Shown: piece by piece, positions 40,075 to 52,329 of the stretch
Layout of the letters: each line of letters begins with the position of its first letter
Numbering within the stretch: the stretch's first letter is position 1
NCBI RefSeq assembly: GCF_009834535.1
Contig: NC_045696.1
Span: forward strand, 23,810,001 to 23,874,000
Direction of reading: 5' to 3'
DNA from: Camelus ferus
Lineage: Eukaryota
DNA: 64,000 bases
Notes under the pieces: model-generated
Databases searched by the model: none
Told to the model about the DNA's origin: nothing
The model's input: only the letters and a program-made list of their open reading frames with translations
Made by a program: the position numbers and the translations under genes

Positions 40075-40169
40075 TCTTAAAAACACTGTAAACATGTATT
40101 TAAACTTACAATTAAAAAATCTTAAAAACACTGTCAAAACGTATTTAAACTTACATTTAAAAAAATCTT
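40075..40169. repeat. Tandem duplication, 45-bp period, about 2 copies
   Basis: tcttaaaaacactgtaaacatgtatttaaacttacaattaaaaaa repeated with few differences. Confidence 0.9.
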
Positions 40170-40589
40170 TCAAAGCATGTGAATAATGAATAAATGAAGC
40201 TCAGTCCTCATTTTCAAACTTCAAAAATAAGTGTTGTCTTATTCTGGTTCCCCGAAGATGATTAATAAAATGGCTGGGACTTACTTGCTGCAGGGAGTTA
40301 CCTATGTTGTCCTGTGAGATCAGGAAGCAGATGGTGATGCCCTGTTACTCTGAACGGTAAAGGAAAGATGCATTGTGTGCAAAGCTCCTATTGCTGTGCC
40401 TGTGCATAGCAGGTTCTCAACACATCCCTTTCCATTATCTAAACCCGTTCAAAGTGTGATCAGGTTTGCTTTTAACATAGGACAATTGGTCTGACCTCTA
40501 GAACTTAAAACGTTTGCTTCTTCAAAGTTCAGGAGAGCATAGATGTGTTCTGGGTGAGGCTAATGCAGAATTTTGTTACTCATTCTTGA

Positions 40590-40830
40590 CAGTGACAAGC
40601 GTGTGAGAGATTTGCAGTTGAGTAGACCTGTTTTCTAACTCAGTCCATAGTAGATGTATGACTTCACATCTCTTTGAGTTTTTTTAAATTAATTAATTAA
40701 TTTCATCTGAAATATAGGGATAATACCGCCTGCTTCCCAGGGTGGCTATGAGGATGAAAGGGAGCCATGTCTCTAAAATGTCTATCAGATAGGCTGCTTC
40801 ACAGCAGATGTTCATTAAATGTAATTTTCC
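40590..40830 (+). mobile_element. MIR SINE
   Basis: 'agacctgttttctaactcagtcc...ttcatctgaaatatagggataataccgcctgcttcccagggtggctatgaggatgaaa'. Confidence 0.75.
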
Positions 40831-41224
40831 CTTCCTTTGAGGATGAGAGTTGATGAGAATCAGAGTGTTAAGGTACTAGCTGAGCAGGTAGGAACCACAT
40901 TACGAGGACTGAGGCAACATGACTGGGGATAGGGAGGATGTGAGGGAACACACTCTGGCCCTGCCAAGAGTTCAGGTTAAGAGTAGAAAGATTAAGTTCG
41001 TCAGTTCCTGGTAAGGCTGCCTTATCCCTGTAGGGTCCTACAGAGTACCATAAATGGTGATCAAATATCAGTGTGAGTAGTAAAACCACCCAGGGAACTC
41101 GGTAAGCAGACAAAGGCCCACATCCTATCTGTCTTCTATGAATGTGGGCATCTGTGTTCCTTGTTAGCTCTCCAGATATTCGGATAAACTTTAACATTTG
41201 TGAACCACTGCTAGGTAACGTGGT

Positions 41225-41662
41225 TGTGGTAGATGTGGCTGAAATTTATCCTCTGGCTCCAGACACTTCTGGAGTAGAGTTCCAGAGTGCACTCCAGTTA
41301 TCTAACAGTAAAGTCTTTGGCTTCTGCCCCAGGTCTCCTCCAGTGCCAAAGACTGTGGCCAGAGTGAGTTTCAGCAGGGTGGTGCTTGACCAATGGGAAT
41401 ATAAGCCAATGGATCAATATTCTTCATACTGGGGTGGAAAATTCTGAGGCATTCTCTGGCTTCTCAGGAGGTCCCAGTGGAATAAGACACCATTCTCCAC
41501 AGCAGCAACCTCAAAATCACTCTCTCATATTGGTTTTATCCCTTTATACATCCTGCATTTCCTGCAACTTCACTCTTGTTTCCTGGAATCATCTTCCAGA
41601 TGAACATTTGCAGGCAGGTGCTTAGCTCAGGTGCTACTTTTGGGGCAACTTAGGCTAAGGCA
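41225..41662 (+). mobile_element. ERVL LTR16-like solo LTR
   Basis: 'tgaccaatggg', 'ggaggtcccagtggaat', 'tcctggaatcatcttccagatgaac', ending 'tttggggcaacttaggctaaggca'. Confidence 0.75.
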
Positions 41663-42007
41663 ATAATGCCGTGGCCAAAAATGCTCAGGAGAGAACAGTG
41701 TGTCTAGCTTCCAAGTGGAAACCTTATAGTTCATGCAACAGAGAGTGAATTAAAAATGGGTGATGTTGAGAAGGGCAGGGGGTTGTTTGTTCAGGAGTGT
41801 GCCTAGTGCCACACCATGGAAAAAAGAGGCAAGCACAAAACTGAGCCGAGTCTGCATGGTCTGTTGGAATGACAGACAGGTTGGCCCTGGATTCTCTCAT
41901 GTAGATGCCAACAAGGGCAAAGGCATCGCCTAGGAATAGGAGACATAGCTGGAGTACTTGGAGAATCCCAGAAAGTATGTCCCTGGAACAGAAACTATCC
42001 TGGCCAG

Positions 42008-43021
42008 TGTGCAGTAAAGAATTAACCTTGCCCAAAGAGAGATTTGACCTTTGTCCTCAATTTTGGGAAGTAATCTCCAATCCTTTGGAATGTCTGCCTC
42101 ATAAGAGTGTATTTGCTGTTATATTGAGTGAAGTTAAGTCAGACAGAGAAAGACAAATATATGTTATCACTTAAATGTTGAATCTAAAAAAAAGCGATAC
42201 AAACTCTGTTTACAAATCAAAATCAGGCTCATGGACATGGAAAAGACAAATTATGGTTACCAAAGGGGAAAGGGTGGGGAGGGATAAATTAGGGGTTGGG
42301 GATTAACAGACACATATTACTATATGCAAAATAGACACACAACATGGACCCACTGTATAGCACAGGGAACTATATTCAATTTCTTGTAGTACCATATAGT
42401 GGAAAATAATCTGAAAACAAACTATATATTTATAATTGAATCACTCTGCTGTACACCTGAACTAATATTGTAAATCAACTGTACTTCAATGAAAAAAAAA
42501 AAGTGTATTTTTTCACCTGGAGGCCCTGGGCCATGCCAGATAGTCTAGGCTAACAATGTGATTTATGGTGGAGGGGCTTAGGTAATATGGTATCACTCCA
42601 ACGCTTGGAGGGGCTGGATGCTAAGGTTAACCATGTGGAAAGTCAATCACGTCGATGTGTCAAAACCCCAGCAAAACTCAGGACACCAAGGCTTGGATGA
42701 GCTGCTCCAGTTGGCAGTACACCATGTGTATTGTCACACATCATTGCTAAGAGAAATAGAGAAATAGGCCCTGTGGACACCACTCCCCCTGGTGGGGACA
42801 ACCAGAAGCTCTGCACCTTGGTGTCTCCTGGCCCTGCTTCATGTGACTCTTCCCTCTGTTGATTTTAGTCTGAATCCTTTTGTTGTGATAATCCAGAATT
42901 GTGAGTAAAATGGCTTTTCTGAGTTTCAGGAGTCCTTCCAGCTAATTAGCAAACCTGAGACCCCCGAACTTGTAGTTGGTGTTAGAAATGAAAATGGTCA
43001 TGGGGACTTCTGAACCTTCCA
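42008..43021 (+). mobile_element. ERVL solo LTR (MER77/MER68/MER21 group) inserted in the CYCS pseudogene
   Basis: TG...CA termini, 'agtaaagaattaaccttgcccaaagagag' start, about 620 bp once the nested L1 is removed, 5-bp flanks GCCAG and GCTGG. Confidence 0.85.
42115..42501 (+). mobile_element. 5'-truncated L1 3' end nested in the LTR
   Basis: L1 3' UTR, poly(A), TSD AGTGTATTT at 42106-42114 and 42502-42510. Confidence 0.92.
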
Positions 43022-44007
43022 GCTGGCATTAATTAAAAAGGAGAAAGGGCAGACTTGATAGCTAATTTAAAAAATGCTACTAACAAGTAATGGCCACTAC
43101 CTTATTTATTGCAAGATAGAAATGTCTCATGACATTTTTAAACCAGGTGCTATATTGCAATTGATCTGATGAACCAGAATTCAGGTCATGAATGACTGAT
43201 AGCATATTCTTGTAGAACATTCCCGATTTAAATAAAATTGTCTGGTGGTTAAATAAATATAATCATGCTTTTTGGTTTTTGATAGTAATTCTGGTTCAGT
43301 AACTGCTATCACTATTTCCCCTTCTAAAGACAGAATTGAAATTGAGGCTAGCTTGGATTAGTTATGTCCAATTTTTCACAAAGGTGTTGATTACCATCTC
43401 ACAACGCAGGGAAGGTTGGTTTTACAGTTAGATGTATGTAACTGGTTATATGAGTATATTTAAACACAGAAGAAATCCCTTCACAGTTTCTTAGAGCAGA
43501 TTAAAACTTACCTGTGTTGAATTTGTGTTCATCAGTCTGTCTAAAGACAAAGGCTGGAGATGAGATAGCAAAGGCCACTGTATTTTTAAATTTTTTTTGT
43601 CTTTCCTATGTTAAGCTCATTAAAATTCCCTGTATCTAAAATGTTGCTTTTTAATATGGTTTATATAATCTCAGATAAAGAGTATTAACACTTCCCACAT
43701 TTTACAGATACCTATTAAGTTAGATGCTTTTCAAGGAAGAGAGACAAGACATGAGTTAAAATCTACTTTTGACTTATTTACTATCCAAGTCACAGTAAGT
43801 TGTAATTCAGAGTTGTTCTTTAATAGCTATTCAAGAATGCATAAAATTGTGGGAAGGTTGTATATACACGATTGGCAATGGTGGTTTTACAAATTCATTA
43901 GAAGGACTAAAGTAGAAGAGATGTACCATCTGCACAGACTTGTAAATCATATCATTCTAAGGTTTAAGATAAATTTTAAAGAATCATTTGTAAAAAGGAT
44001 GCATGGT

Positions 44008-44475
44008 ATGGTAGACAGTTCCTGAGTGGGTTCCCAATGATCGCTGCTCCCTAGTTATTCACATCTTGTTCAATTTCCTCCCCCGAGTGGGCGCTGGACC
44101 TAATGCCTTGCTTCTCAGGGACGTCATCTCCAAGATTAGGTTCTCAAGGGCCGTGACTTCCATTTTGCTACATTCTTTCTGGGGCTCTCTTGTTTGCTCA
44201 TCCTGGAAGGCCCACAGGGCAGCCTCCAGGCAACAGCCTGCAAGGAACTGAGTCTTTCAGATCAATAACCAGTGAGGAACGGAATCCTGCCAACACCCAA
44301 GTAGGTCCACCCTCAGTTGAACATTGAGGATTTCCTGTGATTCCCTCCTTATGAGAAACCAGAGCCAGAAGACCCAGAAACCACAAGGAAGCCTCCCTCA
44401 GAAACTGCGAGATCAGTGTTTTATGCTGCTATGTTTTAGGATAACTTCTCATGTAGCAATAGATCATTAATACAC
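44008..44475 (+). mobile_element. MaLR LTR (MLT1-type)
   Basis: 'tcccccgagtgggcgctggaccta', 'gcaaggaactgagtctttcag', ending 'gtagcaatagatcattaataca'. Confidence 0.8.
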
Positions 44476-44680
44476 CTGGGCTTAAATCTCAGCTTCATGC
44501 CTTTGTAGCAGTGTGATTGTTTGTAAATTACTGCAGCTTTTTATGCCTTGATTTAGTTACTTGTAAACTTTAGGATAATAGTAGCACCTACCTTACAAAG
44601 TGATTGTGAAAACAAATACAGTGAATTAACCCATAGTAGGACCACACAGCAGGAGCTCAGGGCATCTTAACTCTTATTGA
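44476..44680 (+). mobile_element. MIR SINE
   Basis: 'cctgggcttaaatctcagct...ggataatagtagcacctaccttacaaagtgattgtga'. Confidence 0.7.
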
Positions 44681-45056
44681 CTTTGGCCTAGGAACAGTGT
44701 GGGAACTGAAGTGACAGCTCCTGGCAGAGGCTGTGGCAGGAGGGTTTACCAAGCTGAGACTGAATCACTTCTTTAGTGATGGCCTCTGACGTAACTACCA
44801 GCTGAATGCGATAGTTTCTGAAAGATTAAATCAGAAAATTTAAACAAACAAAAAGAATATGCTGCAATTGAGTGCTCAGTTTCCTGTTTAGAACCAAAAT
44901 GCTTAAAGTATAATTGTAAAACCTGACAGATACACTATGCTCTTAAGGTGTAGGCATCCCACTTTGAAGGTAGGCAGAAGCTGGAAGCCCATATTGGTGA
45001 TAATTAGAAACTGTATAAAAGGAACTTAATATTTTCCCCTATCGTTAGTTTTGCCC

Positions 45057-45652
45057 TGTGGACTTGATAGAGCAGGCAGATAGCTAGATATGAGCAGAGA
45101 AACGGGGACAGAAACCAAATGGCCGGAAAACATACATCATGTAAACCAAGGGAGTCCTTGGACAGAAGAGAAAAGCAGAAACCTCAGAACTGATAAAAAA
45201 TCACACATTTTGGGGTGACAAGTGGCCTGGAGGCCAAAAAAACAAAGGTGAGAAAAGACAGGAATCTCCAGTGTCCAAATGTAACCTTTTGCTCATTATG
45301 CCCTCATTTCAATAAAATTAGCCTTGCAGATTAGAAGTACCCATCATGCACCGACGCCATGACACTTCTGATCCAGACTAAATAAGGACAAAATCCCTCC
45401 TCCCCTCAGGAAGGTGGAACTGGGAAGAAAACTAGGGAATATGACCCCAAACCCCTCCTTCTCCAATGACTGTTCTACCCATTTATTTTTACATCCTATA
45501 TAACCCACTTGCCAAAGAAACTCAGGGCTAACCTGAGCCTGCCCGCTTTCCCCTTGAGAGTGTACTATCCATCCTTTAATAAATCCTCACTTTACTTTCT
45601 CAATCTCCATGTCTCATCTCTGAATTCTTTCTGTGACAAGGCTAGAACCTAA
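45057..45652 (+). mobile_element. ERV1-type solo LTR, relatively young
   Basis: TATATAA at 45497-45503, AATAAA at 45578-45583, U5-like 'tctgaattctttctgtgacaaggctagaacc'; exact ends and TSD not resolved. Confidence 0.7.
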
Positions 45653-46753
45653 ATACCAAGAGACTCTTTAGGCAGCCAAGAATTGTGAATTAGGATTGAT
45701 GTTTGTCACAAAAGCAAATAACATAAGTTTATTGTAGTTATCAGATTATCACCTTCCTCTAATAATTAATTAAAATATAGCCTACTAAAAGTTTGTATCT
45801 ATAATTACCACTCAGTAAGTATTAAATCAAGTCTGTGGTACTCTTGTTAAGTTCAGCTACACAATCTGAATACGCTCCCGCCCTCAAATCCTTTTTCTGG
45901 CCATTTCTCTTTTCAATATGCATTTTCTTGTGGAATTTTTTAAAAAGCCAAGTCATGCATTTGGGAGGAGTATAGAAAGCCAAGATTATGAGGACTGTTA
46001 GGCTAGGGTCCTTCCAACATAATTTAATTTGGGGGCTCTAGAGTTCCAGAAGCCTCTCGACTTGGGTAGAGAGGCATTTTAGGAGGACATGATTGGCAGC
46101 ACTTGCCTGAGTAATTTGTATTCTCTTTCCAGCCAAGTGCAGTAACATCAGCCTGAAGTGATAAGGATATTGCTAAATTTGCTTTAATTAATGTCAGGTC
46201 TCTGAGTAATAAATCACCATTAATTTGTGAGTTAGGTTTTTGGAAATGGCCTCGTCTTTTTGGCTGTCACTGATATTTGGCTGCAAAAGTCTGCCACTTG
46301 TGGAGGCCTGTCTGCTCAATCATTTTTTCTGCTGTTCTTAGTTTTTCAAGGTGAGACTTCATCGGAGTTGAAGGGATATATGAGATTACTCTCATTTTCT
46401 TAACTAGAATCCCAGCAAAAACTTCTTGACCTTGTCAACCCTTCATGTAGACTTATATCTATTAGAAGAATTATTAACTACTTTATTTTAGACATTTTAG
46501 AAGTTTTAATACACTTAAATGCTAATGTGATTTTTTTTCAGGAAAACCCTGCAAAGAACAGAATTTCATGATACAACATGAATTTTGAAAAAAAAAAAAA
46601 AAGATCTACATGGTAGAAAATAACTGAACTTCTCAACTTCATTTCTTAACATTTTCTTGAGGTGGCAAGAGGATACTCAAAACCTGTATCTTCTTCCTCT
46701 TCTGTCCCTAAAATTTAGAAATCTATTGATTGGGTCACATATTTTTAGAAGAG

Positions 46754-46756
<3 letters not shown>

Positions 46757-46798
<42 letters not shown>

Positions 46799-46800
46799 TG
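46757..46800. repeat. (TG)n microsatellite
   Basis: Directly visible. Confidence 0.95.
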
Positions 46801-47379
46801 TTTGAAATTTTCCTTGCTATTTAGTATGCCCTCCTTTTATTCAGTTTCTTTGTGCTGTTTGGTCTGGTCTAGTCTGGCTTTGCAAAGAACTCCCTTCTCA
46901 ACTTCAGATCATTCCTCTAGAATCTCTTCTTACCTCTCAGGGCTCTGTTTCCTAGGGCTCCATTTTTAGTTCAGTTTTGGCCTGTAGCTCATGCTGCTGC
47001 TGGTTGACTTTATTCTCTTGTGTAGTTTGCACTAGCACATGCATACAGGTCAAACAGGGGGAAAACCCTGGTCTCCGCTGATCCTACAGAAGTTTGCTAT
47101 TTGTGTAATTATGTCTCCCTAATATTTAACTGTAAGATCATTTCACATTTTGTTAACTTTAAAGGACACCAAATAATATTACTGATCAGTTCATTTATGA
47201 GTTCTAGAGTCTCCTTAATACTTATAATATGTGTTTTCCAGATTCTCCAAAAAATGTTGTCTGACTCAGGGTAAAAAGGAAATTGTTTTCTTAATGCACT
47301 ACATTGTCATTCAGTGAATATGCTAGGCTACCATATTAGGAATCTGGCCAAATTATCGAGTCCATTTTCAGTCAATTTG

Positions 47380-47560
47380 GTGGGAGGCAGTGGGCTGAAA
47401 GAGAACTGGGCTGAGTGTTAGAAAGCCCAACACTGACATCTGACACTCACCGCAGACAGTTTACTGAACCTCATTTTCACATCCCTTTATTCAGTGAGAA
47501 GTGGACGGTTGGATTAGGGAGTTTCTTAAATCCTTTCCATTGCTCACACCCTGTGAATCA
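47380..47560 (+). mobile_element. MIR/MIR3 SINE
   Basis: 'gggaggcagtgggctgaaagagaactgggctgag...ctgaacctcattttcacatc...aaatcctttcca'. Confidence 0.6.
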
Positions 47561-48164
47561 TCTTTAATGTCCACCTATATCCAATGCACTTGCTTATCAA
47601 TGTCTGGAGGGAGCAGATGTGAAGTAAAGGTACAAAGAATTCAGCTGGTCATGTTTTTTTTCCTTCTAATGTCTGGCATGTGAGGTAAGATTTGAAAGAA
47701 AAGTTAAACCATTAATGAAAATAGAAAAGGCAATTATCCGTGGATTTGTGAATTTACATGGCATCTTCTAAGTTTTTATGGGAAATGTAGAATTGGATAG
47801 TCTTTTTCATCGAATTGTTGCTAAACAGATGCATATTTTTCTTTCTTCTTTGACTACAGTAATTTGGGTACTGTCCACGTAGTCATCACTCCTTCTAGTT
47901 CTTGTGAAGCAACTAGCTGCTTAAAAGTTTTCTGTTCATTTACCCCTTGACTGTGATTATGACATCCACATTTACACCCATTTAAAAGCACATCAATTCC
48001 AGTGTCTTATTATACTGGAACGATTTGCTGGCTTCACCCAAGCAGTGATTTTTGTGGGATAAAGGTGGAAATCACTGAAGAAAAGAAGACCAAGAAAAAT
48101 TATGTAGCACTGGATAAGAATTCATAAATGTGGATTGTTTTAATTGCCTCTTCTTCACCCCATT

Positions 48165-48635
48165 GGTGACTGAGGGGTTCCAACCCTAGGGTTATGGGGA
48201 TGGCCAAACACACAGCACCTGACACTGGACAGAGGAGACAGTCAGCGGTTTATCAGTCACCTATACTCACAGGCTGGGAGAGGAGGACACTAGATGCCGT
48301 GGGTGGACATGTGGGGGTTCCACGTGGGAGCAGAGTGAACAACAGAAGCTGTGAGAGGCAAGCTTCGTAGTATCGAGAGTGAGGTACTCTGTTTCCCCCT
48401 GGAAGGATGTAATTGGCTTGTTGGAATAATGCAGTCTGGCAAGGAGCTGAAAGCTGGGATCAGGGATAAGCAGGAGCTGCCCCTGGTCCCCTCAATAGGA
48501 AGGGTGGTTTGACTGGGGGACCTCATTCACAGGAGCAGAGAGCAAAGGGGAAGTTGGGAATCGGCCATTCAAGGCTCTCCTAATTTTAGCAGCCGTCAAG
48601 CAGCAAATAATATTGAACCAGATCTTCAGTCCTGA
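48165..48635 (-). mobile_element. ERV solo LTR, family unresolved
   Basis: 'cacctgacactggacagaggagacagtcagcggtttatcagtcacctatactcacagg' has the layout of an antisense LTR. Confidence 0.5.
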
Positions 48636-49295
48636 CAGTCCATGGATCTATGAAGATTTTCTTTTTCTAAAGCAAAATGATGAGAATTAAGAGGATCATA
48701 TTTAAATAGAATGCGAGGAACTTTTATCAATGAGAAACATAGACTAATTTTTTGGAATAACATGTCAGAAGATAAATGACATCCAAATCCAAGGGGAAAC
48801 TATTTTGTTTGGGCAGAAAGAGCTGGGTGCTTTTTGGATCTTTTCAGTTTTAAGCTTTTTAGTTTCAGTGGGTTTTTTTTTTTATTACCTGTTTAATGAA
48901 TACTGCTTGTCTTTCTCATAGATACATTAATAAATATCTTTCTGGTTTTAATTTCCCTTTCTAAGGTCTTTCATCCTCCAGTGACCGAAGCTCTTTTTGC
49001 ATCTTATGAGGTTGAACTTGGCTTTTCTAGTGTTCATTTTCCTTGGCTTTCACAGGGAAAATTTGTATCTGTGATTTTAGGTTTGCTCAGCATCTTTTCT
49101 ATAGAAGAAAATGCTTTGTAAATGGCAATTCAATAGATTGATTCATAAGCAGTGTGTACAGAACTGACAACAAGTTTTAAATGAGAAGAAACTGTTCAGG
49201 ATCATAGTATTAGTGATAAACCTAATGCTATTGAAAGGTTATTTTTCGATAAATACTGCCATACGTTACAATCTTCTATCATGGGAAAAGTATTC

Positions 49296-49404
49296 AGAGT
49301 GGCCAACTCATTCCAGTTTGCCTACGACTTGTTTTTAAGCACTAAATTTCCTGCATCCTCAGACAGCCTTTGGTCCTGGCGAACCGGTATAGCCGGTCAC
49401 CCTA
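49296..49404. mobile_element. MER81-like hAT-Blackjack MITE
   Basis: TIR-like ends CAGAGTGGCCAACT ... GCCGGTCACCCTA. Confidence 0.75.
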
Positions 49405-49984
49405 GTTGTGTTCCTATTAGAACTTCTGTTTCAGCAGGTCAGAAATAGACACAAGGTTACTGGTAATAATTTCATAAAAATATTTTATAGATTGTTGTAT
49501 CCCTGTCTTAAAACATTTCTAGGTACATAGTAGGTTTTCAATAAATATTTGATAACAGAATAACTGAAGTATAGCTTACCGGTGTCTAACTAACGCAGAA
49601 GGAGAAGATGTATCTCACTGGTAGATCATCCTACACTGTTAGGGACCATCTCTTCTAATGCACATGAGGTAAAATAGCTCTCCGTCTGCAGGATGTGCGG
49701 ATGCACCAACAAAGTACGCTGAATCAACCAAAGGCACGGGCGTTCCAAAATGTGAACATGAGTCAATTTCTGCTAAGTGTTGTTGAAACTTACTCCCGAG
49801 TTAAAAAAGTCAGATTGCTTGTTTATTGGGTTACTCAAAGCGTCTTTCTGACATACCCAAACTTCTGTAATTACCAACTTCACCAAGCCCCTAATGAGGA
49901 TTGTACATGTACACCCAGCTCTGATAAAGCAGGAGAGGAAATGCATGCTTGAGCAGGGACTCCGAGGCTACCTGCGCAGTCAAT

Positions 49985-49999
49985 CCAGCAGAGGGCGTC
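49985..49999 (+). promoter_or_regulatory. Candidate CTCF site
   Basis: CCAGCAGAGGGCGTC fits the CCASYAGRKGGCRS core; GCGCAGT just upstream resembles the upstream module. Confidence 0.5.
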
Positions 50000-50387
50000 G
50001 GTGTACCTATGCAAAGACCAGGGCTCACCTGGGATGAGCGGGGATGGTCAGAGAGACGCCCAGGGCCTGTGTGTAAGTGCTGAAAACTAACAACAGTGGG
50101 AAAGTATTTCATGCAGAAAAGCGCTGAGACCATCTGATACAAACGCAACACCATCTTGCAAAAGTCGTGGTGACCCGGTGAACTCATAAATGTATGAAGT
50201 CTGAGAAGTTTATTTTAATGTAAAATAAAGCAAAAACAATACTCCAGTAAGCTGTCATTCCTGAGGACCAATGCACCGCAAAGCTCATTTTAGAAAAACA
50301 CCGTGTACTCCAAACCAAGAAAAAGAATGACTGTATAAAGTCTAAAGATGTATCTAAAGACAATCTCAATTATTTATCTAACTTCTA

Positions 50388-50466
<79 letters not shown>
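50388..50466. repeat. Compound (GAT)n(AAT)n microsatellite
   Basis: Directly visible. Confidence 0.95.
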
Positions 50467-50690
50467 GTAACATATTAGTGCCTTAAAGTTTCCCAAACTT
50501 ATACTCACAATATTTTAAATATATTATCCCTTTAAGGAGTTAAGACTCTGGCTACTACTAATGTTTTACATGTAAGGTACCTATGGCACAGACAATTAAG
50601 TGATTTATTTAAGGACACCTCGCTAGATGAATTAGAGCCAGTAATTCTGAACACAAGTCTATTTCTTTTTATCTTCTGTACTTACCTATG
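50467..50690 (-). mobile_element. MIR SINE
   Basis: 'ttttacatgtaaggtacctatggcacagacaattaagtgatttatttaaggacacctcgctag'. Confidence 0.7.
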
Positions 50691-52329
50691 GCGTTCTTCA
50701 ATTACATACCAAATGTTAAAAAAGCACATTATATTTATCATTAATTATTATCATGCTTTTAACCAAAGACACACACTTCTTACAAGTATTAAGATAATTT
50801 CAGGAAGACTAACCTTGATATATAATCTGATTTTCATACTAAAGTGTCACATTGCCCTGAAAATATTAATTCAGAAAGAATGAGTGAAGTTTCCCAAAGA
50901 GCAAAATTCTTTGTGCAAGAATGAAACACTATTTCTAGATTTCATTAGACACTGTTTTAGTACTTTAAGAAGACACAAAGCACCTTGGAAATGAGAAGGT
51001 AATGGTGAAATCAGGGAAGTTCCACGCTCACCAATGATATTTAATTTCCTTTACTGAGAATGAGGAGGAGGATGAGGTCCCTAGGGCAGCTTCTGACATG
51101 CCTACGGCAGTGTGACATTGCTGAATGCTTTTTCTGATTTCCATTTTTTTCAAGGTAGTGACAGCTGTGTGGCTTCTCCCACCGGACCCCAAAGTTATTT
51201 GCTGCCCTACAGCAAAATCTGGTTGATCACAGTGAGGGAAAAATGGGTTCTGTGACTTTACATTTACATTCTGCCCTGGTGCTGCTGGGCTGTGTCATCA
51301 AAAGACTCTCAAGCGATCTTCCCTTCACTTCTCCAGCCCTGGAAGCTACACGGCAAATCCGCAGCAAAGCTGTTTGAGGGGATGTTTGCTCGTGAGTACA
51401 ATGTGGCCCATCTTCCATCAGAATACATCTTCATCCAGCACAATCATCTGGCCGTCTAACAGGTGGGCTGGTAGGCTAAGCTATCAGGAGCTCGATGTAT
51501 TTAATTTATTTTATTGTGTGTATAAATTTAAATTGTTATATTGTGTGTATATTTATTGTATTGTGTGTATAACTTATTACATATTTAATTTTCTTAGATA
51601 TATAATTTAAATAAATTATTTAACTTGTTTGTATTTAATTTATTTAATTTACTATAATGTGTGTATAAATTGTACCTATGCATCCACATATGAAGTGCCT
51701 AGAAACAGAGCTCAGCTGTAACAAAAGTGAAATCCTTGTGCTTCCTCCCCTCCTTTCCAGCAATGACCAATTAAAGGGAAAAACCTACACCAGCATTGAC
51801 CCCTGTTCCTCTTATTCTCTGAGTATGGAGATTTTCATTATGAAAATGATGAAACTTAATACAATTAAATATAAATAAGTCATCATTGGCCGACTTGCTC
51901 TGTGCTTTTTTTTATGTTGAGCAGCCTCAGTGTAGTCACTTCCACAAATATGGGCAAATGTGCTAATTGAAGAATTCTTCATCTCTCTGTTTGCAATTTT
52001 TAGAGTTCAGACTTTAAAATTTACCCCTTTGTTTCAGCTGAACTTTCCCGGCTTGTATTTCTGTTCTTATTTACTACTATGCATAGCCCTGCAAGGGCTG
52101 GAAATGTCAAATTGCTCCATTTCTGTGCATGTGCCTACTGCAATTCTGATTTTATGATTCCTTCTCATGTCTACTATGGTAGCCCTTCAAAATTGAAATT
52201 AGGCCCCGTCTTATGTTTGTCCATAGCACACTGGACTTGTCTTCTCACGGCACTAATCCAACTGTATGCCGATTATTTATCTACTTATTTTTGTTCTCTG
52301 CTAGATTGTAAGCTACCTTTAGTTATTCA

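Larger units (their letters stand above)
41741..43990 (+). pseudogene. CYCS: Processed somatic cytochrome c pseudogene, split by an LTR; includes a long 3' UTR
   Basis: ATG at 41756 gives [40 protein letters not shown] / [36 protein letters not shown] (to 42007). It resumes at 43022 as AGIN*KGERADLIANLKNATNK* (stop 43088-43090). No intron in the coding part, several stops and a frameshift. Downstream sequence resembles the CYCS 3' UTR as remembered; 3' limit approximate. Confidence 0.96.

Noticed and set aside
41724..42174. ORFs of 103 aa (-) and 89 aa (+) as genes
   Set aside because: They are off-frame or antisense readings of the CYCS pseudogene and the adjacent LTR
41756..43090. Functional cytochrome c gene with the insert as an intron
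   Set aside because: Stop inside the CxxCH motif (41804-41806), further stops and a frameshift; the insert has LTR termini
51500..51670. Repeated TATTGTGTGTATA units as a structured array
   Set aside because: Irregular AT-rich low complexity with no constant spacing
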